Source: Mycobacteriales bacterium
GTDB lineage: Bacteria; Actinomycetota; Actinomycetes; JAFAQI01
NCBI GenBank assembly: GCA_035547515.1
Contig: DASZUS010000045.1
Span: forward strand, 171,291-235,290
Length of the DNA: 64,000 nucleotides
Reading direction: 5' to 3'
Notes under the pieces: model-generated
What the model saw: the letters and a program-made list of their open reading frames with translations, nothing else
What the model was told of the DNA's origin: nothing
Database searches by the model: none
Translations under genes and position numbers: made by a program
Shown: positions 18,759 to 27,764 of the stretch, piece after piece
Layout: each line of letters begins with the position of its first letter
Position numbering within the stretch: the stretch's first letter is position 1

Positions 18759-18781
18759 GCGGGGGATAGGAGGTCGCGGGG

Positions 18782-19927
18782 ATGCCGCTGCAGGCGGGCG
18801 TAGTGAAGGAAGCCGCGCCCGGCGAACGCAGAGTGGCTCTCACCCCGGACGCGGTACGCCGTCTCGCAGGCTCAGGCGTGGAGGTCCTCGTCGAGTCGGG
18901 CGCGGGAGACGGCGCGTGGTTCGACGACCAGCAGTACGCCGAGGCGGGCGCAACGGTGCTCGACGCGGCCGCCCTTCGCCGGCAAGCCGATGTCCTGCTT
19001 TGCGTCGATGCGCCGGACCTCTCGACGATCCCCGACGGCAAGGCGGTCATCGGCCTGCTCGCACCGTTGCTCCGCGCCCAATCCATGGCCGACCTCGCAG
19101 CGCGCGGCGTGACCGCGGTGAGCCTCGACGGGCTGCCCCGCACACTGACTCGCGCGCAGGGCATGGACGCGCTGACGTCCCAAACCAACATCGCCGGCTA
19201 CAAGGCGGTCCTGGTCGCGGCTGAGCACTTCGACCGCTTCTTCCCGCTTCTGATCACCGCAGCCGGCACCTCGAAACCGGCCGAGGTGCTCGTGCTCGGG
19301 GCCGGCGTCGCGGGCCTGTCGGCGATCGGCACCGCGCGCCGGCTCGGCGCGGTCGTCCGCGGTTACGACGTACGTCCGGCGAGCAACGAGGAGATCCGAT
19401 CGCTCGGGGCGCAGCCGATCGCGCTGACCTCGGTCGCACAAGGCGCTGGAGACGGCGGGTACGCGAGAGCACTGACCGACGAGGAGCAGCGCGCCCAGCA
19501 GGCCGAGCTGGCGGGCCACATCGCCAAGCACGACGTCGTCATCACCACCGCGCACGTGCCCGGACGGCGACCGCCGTTGATGGTCACCGCGGGCGCGATC
19601 GCCGCGATGCGCCGAGGCAGCGTGATTGTCGACATGGGCGCCTCGCCACTCGGCGGCAACGTCGAAGGGTCGGCACCGGGCGAGGTCATCGTGACCGGCA
19701 ACGGAGTGACCATCGTCGGGGCCAGTGACCTGCCCTCGCGGATGGCGAGCGCGGCGAGTGCGGCGTACGCCCGCAACATCAGCGCGCTGCTGGTGCACCT
19801 CGTATCCGACGGCGCGCTCACGATCGACCTGACCGATGAGATCTCTGCCGGCGTTGTGATCACCCATGACGGCAGGGTCGTCCATCCCGCCACGGCCGCG
19901 TTGCTCACCCAGGAAGGCCAGCCATGA
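18782..19927 (+). CDS. pntAA: NAD(P) transhydrogenase subunit alpha part 1
   Basis: Alanine dehydrogenase/PNT N- and C-domains with GAGVAGL NAD-binding motif. Confidence 0.9.
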   Translation: MPLQAGVVKEAAPGERRVALTPDAVRRLAGSGVEVLVESGAGDGAWFDDQQYAEAGATVLDAAALRRQADVLLCVDAPDLSTIPDGKAVIGLLAPLLRAQSMADLAARGVTAVSLDGLPRTLTRAQGMDALTSQTNIAGYKAVLVAAEHFDRFFPLLITAAGTSKPAEVLVLGAGVAGLSAIGTARRLGAVVRGYDVRPASNEEIRSLGAQPIALTSVAQGAGDGGYARALTDEEQRAQQAELAGHIAKHDVVITTAHVPGRRPPLMVTAGAIAAMRRGSVIVDMGASPLGGNVEGSAPGEVIVTGNGVTIVGASDLPSRMASAASAAYARNISALLVHLVSDGALTIDLTDEISAGVVITHDGRVVHPATAALLTQEGQP

Positions 19928-20241
19928 CCGGATCGTTCGTCGGCGACATGACGATCTTCGTGCTCGCCTTGCTGGTCGGGTTCGAGGTCATCAGCAAGGT
20001 CCCCGCAACGCTCCACACGCCGCTGATGTCGGGCGCCAACTCGATCCACGGCGTGGTGCTGGTCGGCGTGGTGATCCTGTCCGGGGAGACCCATGGCGCC
20101 CTCGGCTACATCTTGCTGTTCGTCGCCGGCGCGTTCGCCGCGGCGAACGTAATCGGGGGTTACGTGGTGACCGACCGCATGCTGCAGATGTTCAGACGCC
20201 GCCCGGCGGCCGCACCACCGGAGCAGGGCGGCGCGCCGTGA
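19924..20241 (+). CDS. pntAB: NAD(P) transhydrogenase subunit alpha part 2 (membrane)
   Basis: 105-aa membrane protein overlapping the pntAA stop. Confidence 0.88.
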   Translation: MTGSFVGDMTIFVLALLVGFEVISKVPATLHTPLMSGANSIHGVVLVGVVILSGETHGALGYILLFVAGAFAAANVIGGYVVTDRMLQMFRRRPAAAPPEQGGAP

Positions 20242-21647
20242 GCCACTGGGAAACCGCGATCCGCTTCGCCTCGCTGTTCGGCGCAGTGTGCTTCGTGGTC
20301 GGCCTGCACCTGATGAACTCCCCCGCCACCGCGCGGCGCGGCAACCAGGTCTCGGCGTTCGGGATGGTCGTCGCTGTTGCCGCGGTGCTGCTCAACGTCG
20401 GGCACGGCGACAACGGCGCCGTGATGGACGCGAGCCGTTGGCTGGTCCTGCTCGCGGGGGTGACGGTCGGCGGCGCCTGGGGCTGGTACGCCGCGCGGAC
20501 CCTGCAGATGACCTCGATGCCGCAGCTGGTGTCGATCTTCAATGCGGTCGGTGGAGGTGCGGCCGCGCTGATCGCGATCGCGGAGTACGACATCCACACC
20601 CACCCCTCCGGAGGCACCGCGACGGCAACTGTGCTCGACGTGGTGATCGGGGGTGTGACGTTCACCGGCTCGGTGCTCGCGGCGCTGAAGCTGCAAGGTC
20701 ACCTGTCCCAGCCGGTGTCGATCCCCGCTGCCCGGCCGGCATCCGCCGGCTTCGCGGCGCTCGCCGTAGCGGGAGCCGGCTGGGTGATCGCGGGCGCCGA
20801 CAGCAAGGGCGTGCTTCTCGGAGTGGTCATTGCGGCGATGGCCTTCGGCGTACTCATGGTGCTGCCGATCGGCGGCGCCGACATGCCGGTCGTCATCTCG
20901 CTGCTCAACGCCTTCACCGGGACGGCGGTCGCGATGGCCGGCTTCGTCCTGTCGAACGCGACCCTGACGATAGCCGGTGCGCTGGTCGGGGCCTCCGGCT
21001 CGATCCTGACCAAGCTGATGGCCGACGCCATGAACCGATCGGTCGTCAACATCATCGCGGGGGGCTTCGGGACCGGCGACGGCGCGGTGAGCGGCCCTGG
21101 CGGTGCGGGCGGCCCGGTCAGGTCGATCGCGGTCGACGACGCCGCGCTGCAGCTCGCCTACGCCAGCAAGGTGATCATCGTGCCGGGCTACGGCCTCGCT
21201 GCCGCACAGGCACAGCACGAGTGCCGCGAGCTGGCCGAGGTGCTCGAGTCACACGGTGTGGAGGTGAGCTACGCGATCCATCCCGTCGCGGGGCGGATGC
21301 CCGGCCACATGAACGTGCTGCTCGCCGAGGCCAACGTGCCCTACGACCAGCTCAAAGAGATGGAGGAGATCAACTCCGAGTTCGACCGCACCGACGTCGC
21401 CCTCGTGATCGGCGCCAACGACGTGACGAACCCCGCCGCCCGGCGGCCCGGCAACGCGGTGTCGGGGATGCCGATCCTCGACGTCGACCACGCGAAGTCG
21501 ATCATCGTGATCAAGCGATCGATGGCCTCCGGGTACGCCGGCATCGACAACGAGCTCTACACCGACCCGAAGACCTCGATGTTCTTCGCCGACGCCAAGC
21601 AGGGTCTCGCCTCGCTGGTGGCAGCCGCCAAAACCCTCGTCGCCTAG
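20238..21647 (+). CDS. pntB: NAD(P) transhydrogenase subunit beta
   Basis: GTG start overlapping the pntAB stop; membrane domain plus C-terminal NADP(H)-binding domain. Confidence 0.9.
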   Translation: MSHWETAIRFASLFGAVCFVVGLHLMNSPATARRGNQVSAFGMVVAVAAVLLNVGHGDNGAVMDASRWLVLLAGVTVGGAWGWYAARTLQMTSMPQLVSIFNAVGGGAAALIAIAEYDIHTHPSGGTATATVLDVVIGGVTFTGSVLAALKLQGHLSQPVSIPAARPASAGFAALAVAGAGWVIAGADSKGVLLGVVIAAMAFGVLMVLPIGGADMPVVISLLNAFTGTAVAMAGFVLSNATLTIAGALVGASGSILTKLMADAMNRSVVNIIAGGFGTGDGAVSGPGGAGGPVRSIAVDDAALQLAYASKVIIVPGYGLAAAQAQHECRELAEVLESHGVEVSYAIHPVAGRMPGHMNVLLAEANVPYDQLKEMEEINSEFDRTDVALVIGANDVTNPAARRPGNAVSGMPILDVDHAKSIIVIKRSMASGYAGIDNELYTDPKTSMFFADAKQGLASLVAAAKTLVA

Positions 21648-22843
21648 AACCGTACGGGCATCGACTCGTAGCCCGAGACGAAGTTCGCCGGACGGTACGG
21701 CGGCTCCGCTTCGTCCACCAGCTCGATGTCGGGCAGGCGGCGCAGCAACGTCTCGAAGAAGCACACGAGCTCGAGACGCGCCAGGTTGTTGCCCAGGCAG
21801 AAGTGCGTCCCGATGCCGAAGGCAACGTGCTCGTTCGGCGTACGGCTGATGTCGAACCGGAACGGGTCGGTGAACACCGAAGCATCGCGGTTCGCCGACG
21901 GATAGAGCAGCAGCAGCTTGTCACCTGCCGGCAGGTGCTGGCCACCCAGCTCGGTGTCGGCGACGACGGTCCGCGCCATGTTCTTGATCGGGCTGACCCA
22001 ACGCAGCATCTCCTCGACCGCGGTAGGGATCCGGCTCGGGTCCTCGATCAGCACCTGCTTGGCGGCAGGGTCGCGCAGCAGCTGGTAGAGGCCGCCGCTG
22101 ATCACGTGGCGAGTGGTCTCGTCGCCGCCGATCAGGATGAGCAGCGCGTCGTGGATCACGTCCTCCAGGTTGACGTCCTCCCCGTCGCTGCCGCCCTGCA
22201 CCAGCAGGCTGACCAGGTCGTCCCCCGGCGTACGGCGACGGTCTTCGATCGCCGCCATCGCGAACTCCCGGAAGCCGTTGTACGCCTCCGCGGCCGGAAT
22301 CATCGCCTCCGGATCACCGGTGCCGACAAGCGCCCGCAGCATGTCGTCGGACCACTTCAGCAACGATGCTCGATCGGATTCGGGGAAGCCGAGCATGTCC
22401 CCGATCACGTGCATCGGCAGCCACGCCGCGAGGTCGCGGACCGCATCACACTCACCGCGCTCGCAGACCTCGTCGATGATCCGGTTGCACCAGGCGTTGA
22501 TCGGGTCAACCGAGTCCGCGAGCCGCCGCGGCGTGAAGCCGCGGTTGACCATCTTGCGACGCCTTTTGTGCTCCGCGCCGTCCTGGTCGATCATCATCGG
22601 GATCGCGGCCTCGTCGGGCCGGATGCCCCCGCCGTTGCAGAACAGCTCAGGATGCAGCGACACGTACTTGACATCCGCGTGGCTGGCGACGCCCCACACC
22701 CGACCGTCCCAGTAGACCGGCGCGTTCTCGCGCAACCAGGTGAGCTCGTCGTGCGGGTTCCGGCCCCAGAACTCACCGCTGACGAGATCGATGGCCGGAT
22801 TTACCGGGTGATCGCCCTTGGCGACCGTCTGCCCGGAGGTCAT
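21644..22843 (-). CDS. Cytochrome P450, CYP142-like (sterol side-chain 26-monooxygenase family)
   Basis: Heme loop FGIGTHFCLGNNLARLEL, I-helix LILIGGDETTRH; close to my recollection of Mtb CYP142 (GGIRPD, IPMMID, RPANFVSG-ESMPV). Confidence 0.9.
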   Translation of the reverse strand: MTSGQTVAKGDHPVNPAIDLVSGEFWGRNPHDELTWLRENAPVYWDGRVWGVASHADVKYVSLHPELFCNGGGIRPDEAAIPMMIDQDGAEHKRRRKMVNRGFTPRRLADSVDPINAWCNRIIDEVCERGECDAVRDLAAWLPMHVIGDMLGFPESDRASLLKWSDDMLRALVGTGDPEAMIPAAEAYNGFREFAMAAIEDRRRTPGDDLVSLLVQGGSDGEDVNLEDVIHDALLILIGGDETTRHVISGGLYQLLRDPAAKQVLIEDPSRIPTAVEEMLRWVSPIKNMARTVVADTELGGQHLPAGDKLLLLYPSANRDASVFTDPFRFDISRTPNEHVAFGIGTHFCLGNNLARLELVCFFETLLRRLPDIELVDEAEPPYRPANFVSGYESMPVRF

Positions 22844-24351
22844 CAGGCGCCCTTCGCCAAGAAGCGACCGTCACAGCGATAGCCGGATTTCGGGTCGTCC
22901 ACGCGCTGGAATCCTCCGTTCTCGAGCTCCCACAGGATGTAACAGTGCGGCCCGCCCTTGGCGGCCGGGCTGACCGGGGCGATCAGCCCGTTGGCATCGA
23001 AGTCCTTGATCCGTCGCAGTGACGACATCAGGGTCTTGCGGTCGAGCGTTCCGTGGACGCTCTCGGCGGCCTGCTGGAAGAGCCGGTCGTCTGCCCAGGC
23101 GTACATCGCATAGAGGTTGATCGGCTGACCCGGATAGGTCCGTTCGAACCAGTCCTGGAAGGTCTTCACCTCGGGGATTCTCGTCGCCTCGTCCTTGTTG
23201 AAGAACAACGCGTAGGAGTTCCAGCCCAGGATGCCGTCGAGCTGCGAGGCCGGCCCGCTGTAGTCGGCCAGAAAGGCCTGGTCGTAGGCGATCGGGATGA
23301 TGTTGACCAAGCTCGACGGGCAGCCGGCCTGATGCTCGTTCTGGACCATCGTCGCGGCGTTCGCCGCGGTCTCGGTGAGCTCGAAGAAGACCTGGATGTG
23401 CTCCTGCTGGCACAGCTTGACGAAGTCGTTCTGGAAGTTGCTGTTCGTGGGCTGCTCGAGGATGCTGTCGACGAAGTGCCAGCCCTCGGCTTCCGCCGAG
23501 CGAACCTGGTTCTGCTGCTCTTCCACCGCCGAGGGGATGTCCTCGACGATGGTGCCGACGTGGTCGAGCTTCGAGCCCAGCTTCTGCTTGTAGTACTGGA
23601 ACATCCCGGTCCCGTAGCCGTTGCCCCCCGCGGTGACGTCGAAATGGTTGGCCGGGATGTACGCCGATGGATCGAGCGCGACATGGATGTCGGCGATGCC
23701 AGGGTTCGCCTTCACGATGGAGGCGCCGCAGCCGTCGTACAACGCGAACGTGCCCGACAGCGCGAAGGTCTTGCCGGCGAGGCTCTGAGTGGCGTTCTCG
23801 TCCTGCGTGCAGTTTGTCCCGTCGTCGGCGATGTCCACCTTGACCTGCCGCCCGCAGATCCCGCCAGAGGTGCTGTTGACGTAGTTGGCGAAGGCCTCGC
23901 CACCCTGTTCCGCCCCTTGGAAGAGTCCCGAGACCGGCCCGGTGAGCGTCACGACCTCGCCGAGTGCCAGCGTCGACGCGGTCAGGCCCACATCCGTGCC
24001 CCCCGAGCAGTCCGGGCCGGAGCCGGTGGTCGGAGCTGCGCTCGCCGCGGCGCTCCTGACGCTGCCCGGTCCGGGCGCGGCCGCCGACGGTACGCCGGAG
24101 CCGGAGCCGACCGGCGGGAGCACCGTGCCGCCGGACGTGACGGGGTTCGGTGCCGCCGCCGTCGGCTCAGCCGCTTGCGGAGCAGCCACTGCGCCGACCC
24201 GCTGGCTGAGTGCGGCGCGCTCGGCCTGGCTGCGCACGTCACCCGGCAACCGGGCGCCGCAAGCCGTCGACGCCAGGGCGAGGGCCGTGGCAGCGGCGAT
24301 CAGCAGACCGCCCGGCCGGCGACTCCCCGGAGTCACGACGTGCCGCGTCAT
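22843..24351 (-). CDS. ABC-type substrate-binding lipoprotein (type I periplasmic binding protein, Leu/Ile/Val-like) with long Ala/Pro-rich linker; no cognate permease or ATPase nearby
   Basis: ATG at 24351 preceded by GGAGG; lipobox LASTAC; about 100-aa low-complexity linker then a PBP1-type domain. Confidence 0.75.
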   Translation of the reverse strand: MTRHVVTPGSRRPGGLLIAAATALALASTACGARLPGDVRSQAERAALSQRVGAVAAPQAAEPTAAAPNPVTSGGTVLPPVGSGSGVPSAAAPGPGSVRSAAASAAPTTGSGPDCSGGTDVGLTASTLALGEVVTLTGPVSGLFQGAEQGGEAFANYVNSTSGGICGRQVKVDIADDGTNCTQDENATQSLAGKTFALSGTFALYDGCGASIVKANPGIADIHVALDPSAYIPANHFDVTAGGNGYGTGMFQYYKQKLGSKLDHVGTIVEDIPSAVEEQQNQVRSAEAEGWHFVDSILEQPTNSNFQNDFVKLCQQEHIQVFFELTETAANAATMVQNEHQAGCPSSLVNIIPIAYDQAFLADYSGPASQLDGILGWNSYALFFNKDEATRIPEVKTFQDWFERTYPGQPINLYAMYAWADDRLFQQAAESVHGTLDRKTLMSSLRRIKDFDANGLIAPVSPAAKGGPHCYILWELENGGFQRVDDPKSGYRCDGRFLAKGA

Positions 24352-24767
24352 GACGAGCTGCCTCCCGGGCCCGGAAAAGCCTGCTTGGCACCCTTGCCAC
24401 GGTGCGCACCGAGGCGCTCTTCGACGATCCGGTTGAGCGACGAGCCGCGCGGCCAGCCGATGTAGTGGGTCAGGAAAAGGACGACCTCTCGCAGCTCGTC
24501 GGCGGTCATCTCCTCGTTGGACAAGATCGCGTCGAGCTGGATCGGCAGGACCGACCACTCCGCTGATGCCGCGATGACCCCGAGCAGCAACATCCGCCGG
24601 TCCCGCATCGACAGGCCCTCGCGCGACCAGATCTCGCCGAACAGGTGGTCCACCGTGGTCGCGAAGAAGTCGCCCCGCACCTCCGGCACCTCCCCCCAGG
24701 CATAGACCTGCCCCATCAGCGCCTTGCCGCGCTCGTGGCGCTCGGCCTGCGCGTCCTGGTCGCTCAC
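24348..24767 (-). CDS. Carboxymuconolactone decarboxylase family protein
   Basis: 139 aa with AhpD-like fold signature; 4-nt overlap with the downstream gene. Confidence 0.75.
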   Translation of the reverse strand: MSDQDAQAERHERGKALMGQVYAWGEVPEVRGDFFATTVDHLFGEIWSREGLSMRDRRMLLLGVIAASAEWSVLPIQLDAILSNEEMTADELREVVLFLTHYIGWPRGSSLNRIVEERLGAHRGKGAKQAFPGPGGSSS

Positions 24768-25657
24768 GCGCCGTCCTCGTGGGGCACCCGCAGCGCCGAG
24801 GCAAGCGACGCCAGCCCGAGCTCGCCGAACGGCAGGTCCACCCCGAGCGCGGCGCCAAGGTCGAGCGCGTGCCGAAGGTCCTTCTCGCCGAGCTCGCGAG
24901 TGTGCTCGAAGATCGGCCGAAGCGGGTTATCGCTGCCGTACGGGTCCTGGCTCGGCGAGATCATGACGACTGCCGGGCCCCCGATCACGGCATCGCTGTG
25001 CCGGATTGCCGCCGCGAGCTTGAGTACGTCGACGCCCGCCGCCTGCGCCAGCCGCGCGACCTCTCCGGTGGCGGCATACCCGATGAACTGCAAGAGGTTC
25101 CGCGCGACCTTGGCACGGATCCCGGAGCCCGACGGCCCGAAGTAGAGCAGCAGCGACGCCCAGCGCTCGAACACCGGCTTCGCCTGCTCGTACGCGCCGC
25201 GGTCTCCGCCGACCATCGCTACGAGCTGGCCGTTCGCCGCGCCAGCCGGCCCGCCGGTGAGTGCGACGTCGAGCACCTCGATCCCGCGTGGTGCCGCAAG
25301 TGCCGCCAGCTCCGGCGCGGTGTCGACGTCGATCGTGGAGTGGACCGCGATCACCGTCCCGGGCTTCGCGCACTCGACCAGCTCACCGATGACGTCTCGT
25401 ACCTGCCCGTCCGTCAGCACCACGACGGAGATCACGCTCGCCGTCGACGCGAGATCCGCGAGGTCCGCGGCGCCTCGCGCGCCGGCCGCGGAGAGCCGAC
25501 CGACAGGGGTCGGATTGATGTCGTAGACGGTGAGCCCGCCCGGCCACTCCATGAGCCGCGCTGCGAGTGCCGCCCCCATGTTTCCCAGGCCCACCACGCC
25601 GACACCGACCGAGGCCGGCTCCGCCATCCCGGTCTCAGTCACGGGATCGGCGGCCAC
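24764..25657 (-). CDS. NAD(P)-dependent oxidoreductase (3-hydroxyisobutyrate dehydrogenase-like)
   Basis: Rossmann motif GVVGLGNMG; 6-phosphogluconate-DH-like NAD-binding domain; start may be 25627. Confidence 0.8.
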   Translation of the reverse strand: MAADPVTETGMAEPASVGVGVVGLGNMGAALAARLMEWPGGLTVYDINPTPVGRLSAAGARGAADLADLASTASVISVVVLTDGQVRDVIGELVECAKPGTVIAVHSTIDVDTAPELAALAAPRGIEVLDVALTGGPAGAANGQLVAMVGGDRGAYEQAKPVFERWASLLLYFGPSGSGIRAKVARNLLQFIGYAATGEVARLAQAAGVDVLKLAAAIRHSDAVIGGPAVVMISPSQDPYGSDNPLRPIFEHTRELGEKDLRHALDLGAALGVDLPFGELGLASLASALRVPHEDGA

Positions 25658-26193
25658 AGCGGAGCCGGCAGGTCCGCTCGTCGGTAGTGGCCCGGCAGCA
25701 GCTCGCCGCTGGCCGCGCGCTCCATGCGGCGGCGCATGCCGTCGGAGAGCACGCCGGCGCTGATCATCTCGAAGAACAACGATCCGGCGTTCATGTGGTC
25801 GAAGAAGTCACGCTGCCAGAGCCAGCCCCCCGGCGAGTACCCGAACCAGCTCGCGCCGAACCCGGCCACCTCGTAGGGCGAGCCGTCGGGACGCGTCACG
25901 TCCGCCACCTGGCGCCAGAACCCGATGATCATGCCCGCACGGTCGTCGATCAGCGTCGCCTGGTACGGGTAGCTCCACCCCTCGAGCCCCTCCATCTCCA
26001 GTCCTAGGGCGAGCCTGCGGATGTCGTCGCGGCCGACTGCCATGAACTCGTCGTCGGCTCCGCAGTTCCACCCGTACGTCGCATCGGGGGCGAAGAACTC
26101 CGCAAGGTCCGACCAGTCGCGCTTTGCCTCGCAGGCCTTGTTGGCGTCCAGCCAGCGCTGCCAGAACGCTTCCATCTCGTCGCGGTCGGGCAT
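25639..26193 (-). CDS. NTF2-like/SnoaL-like domain protein
   Basis: 184 aa; ATG at 26193 overlaps the ferredoxin stop (ATGA); fold assignment tentative. Confidence 0.5.
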   Translation of the reverse strand: MPDRDEMEAFWQRWLDANKACEAKRDWSDLAEFFAPDATYGWNCGADDEFMAVGRDDIRRLALGLEMEGLEGWSYPYQATLIDDRAGMIIGFWRQVADVTRPDGSPYEVAGFGASWFGYSPGGWLWQRDFFDHMNAGSLFFEMISAGVLSDGMRRRMERAASGELLPGHYRRADLPAPLWPPIP

Positions 26194-26390
26194 CAGGCAT
26201 CTCCCTCGATCGTGAGCGCTCTGGTCGGGCAGTACTTCACGGCAAGGCGCACGGCCGCTTCGTGCTCGTCGGGTACGGCGTCGGGAAGCACCTCGACCTG
26301 GTCGGCGCGACCGACCTTGAAGACCGCAGGCGCCTCGACCTCGCACATCGCGTGGCCCTGGCACAGCCCGTAGTCGACCCGCACCCTCAT
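26193..26390 (-). CDS. Ferredoxin (3Fe-4S type), P450 redox partner
   Basis: 65 aa; motif YGLCQGHAMCE...CP; ATGA overlap with the CYP51 stop, as in the mycobacterial cyp51-fdx pair. Confidence 0.8.
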   Translation of the reverse strand: MRVRVDYGLCQGHAMCEVEAPAVFKVGRADQVEVLPDAVPDEHEAAVRLAVKYCPTRALTIEGDA

Positions 26391-27742
26391 CGGCCCGACC
26401 TCGGCCGCACATGCACTTCGCACGGCTGCTCGAGCTGGACCACCATCTTCGAGTGGTCATTGCGGTAGGAGTCAGCGGGCTGCGCCATCTCGAACGCGTA
26501 GTCGCGAAGCAGCACCGAGAAGACCGCCTTGAGCTGCATCATCGCGAAGGCTGCGCCGACACATCGATGCCGGCCGCCCCCGAACGGGATCCAGGTCCAG
26601 GGGTTGACGTCGTCCTCGCGGCGCGGATCGAGGTAGCGGGAAGGGTCGAAGACGTCGGCATCGGGAAAGTCCGGGGTGAGGCGGTTGGAGATCGCCGGGC
26701 TCGCCGCGACAAGATCGCCCTTGCGGATCGCGTACCCGCCCACTTCCAGATCCTCTGTTGCCACGCGTAGCAAGAGGATCAGCGGCGGGTGCAGTCGCAG
26801 GGCTTCCTTGATCGCCGACTCCAACCGGGGAATCTCGCGCAACGCCTGGAAGCTGACCTCCGAGCCGTCGGCATACAGCGCGTCCAGCTCGGTGACGACG
26901 GCGGTCAGCTCCTCGGGATGGCGCAGCAGCTCGATCAGCGTCCACGCCGCCGTACCCGAGGTCGTGTGGTGCCCGGCGAACATCAGCGAGATGAACATGC
27001 CCGTGATCTCGTCGGCCGTGAACCGCGGCTGGTCCCCGACCGTCATCGACATCAAAACGTCGAGCAGGTCCTTGTCACCGACGACCTGTCCGGACGTCCG
27101 CGCCGCCATGATGTCCACCACGAGCTCGACGAGCGCCGCCCGCGCCGCATCGCGGCGGCGGAAGCTCTCGATCGGCGCGTAGGGGTCGACGTAGGCCAAC
27201 GCGTCGGTACCGCGCTCGAGATCGTGGTAGTAGCTCGCGAACCGGCTGTCGAGCTGGTCCCGGAACTTCTTGCCGATGAGGCAGGCCGACGAGGTGTAGA
27301 TCGTCAGCTCGGCGAAGAAGTCGAGCAGGTCGATCGCCTGCTCACCGGTCCACCCGGCGACCGCCCGCTCGACCTCAGCCGCGATCACCTCGGCGTGGCC
27401 CTTCATCTGCGGGCCGCGCAGCGACGAGTTCTTGAGCATCTCCGCGCGGCGCTCGGGCGGTGCGTCGAAGACGACGCCCTGGCCGAAGATCGGCGTCATG
27501 AAGGGGTACGCCGCGCCCTGGTCGAGCAGCTCGTCCGGGGCCCGGAAGTACCACTCGTTGACCTCCCGGCCGCAGACCAGCACGACGTCGCGGCCGGCCA
27601 GCTCGAAGACGCCGACGTCGCCACACTCGTCGTGGACCCTCCGCATCAGCCCGATCGGGTCACGGCGCAGCTCTTCGAGATGCCCGTGCTCGTGCTCGCC
27701 GCCCGACACCCGCGGCGGCGCGGGCCCTGCAGCCACCGTCAT
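26387..27742 (-). CDS. cyp51: Sterol 14-alpha demethylase CYP51
   Basis: 451 aa; near-colinear similarity to my recollection of Mtb CYP51 (PRVSGG-EHGHLEE, YPFMTPIFG, FGGGRHRCVGAAFA). Confidence 0.92.
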   Translation of the reverse strand: MTVAAGPAPPRVSGGEHEHGHLEELRRDPIGLMRRVHDECGDVGVFELAGRDVVLVCGREVNEWYFRAPDELLDQGAAYPFMTPIFGQGVVFDAPPERRAEMLKNSSLRGPQMKGHAEVIAAEVERAVAGWTGEQAIDLLDFFAELTIYTSSACLIGKKFRDQLDSRFASYYHDLERGTDALAYVDPYAPIESFRRRDAARAALVELVVDIMAARTSGQVVGDKDLLDVLMSMTVGDQPRFTADEITGMFISLMFAGHHTTSGTAAWTLIELLRHPEELTAVVTELDALYADGSEVSFQALREIPRLESAIKEALRLHPPLILLLRVATEDLEVGGYAIRKGDLVAASPAISNRLTPDFPDADVFDPSRYLDPRREDDVNPWTWIPFGGGRHRCVGAAFAMMQLKAVFSVLLRDYAFEMAQPADSYRNDHSKMVVQLEQPCEVHVRPRSGR

Positions 27743-27764
27743 GGCGACTCCTCGCTCTCGATGT

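Noticed and set aside
17491-19191. 566-aa minus-strand ORF and the 17580-18803 plus ORF
   Set aside because: They overlap the DHA2 MFS transporter and pntAA in other frames and are Arg-rich shadows.
20288-22882. 864-aa plus-strand ORF spanning pntB and the CYP142-like gene
   Set aside because: It runs antisense or out of frame to two well-supported genes. Its Arg/Gly/Pro/Asp-rich, low-complexity translation is typical of GC-rich frame shadows, and it has no recognisable domains.
22843-24858. Long version (671 aa) of the substrate-binding protein ORF
   Set aside because: The first 169 codons overlap the CMD and HIBADH-like genes and are low-complexity. The ATG at 24351 has a GGAGG RBS and starts a lipoprotein signal peptide.
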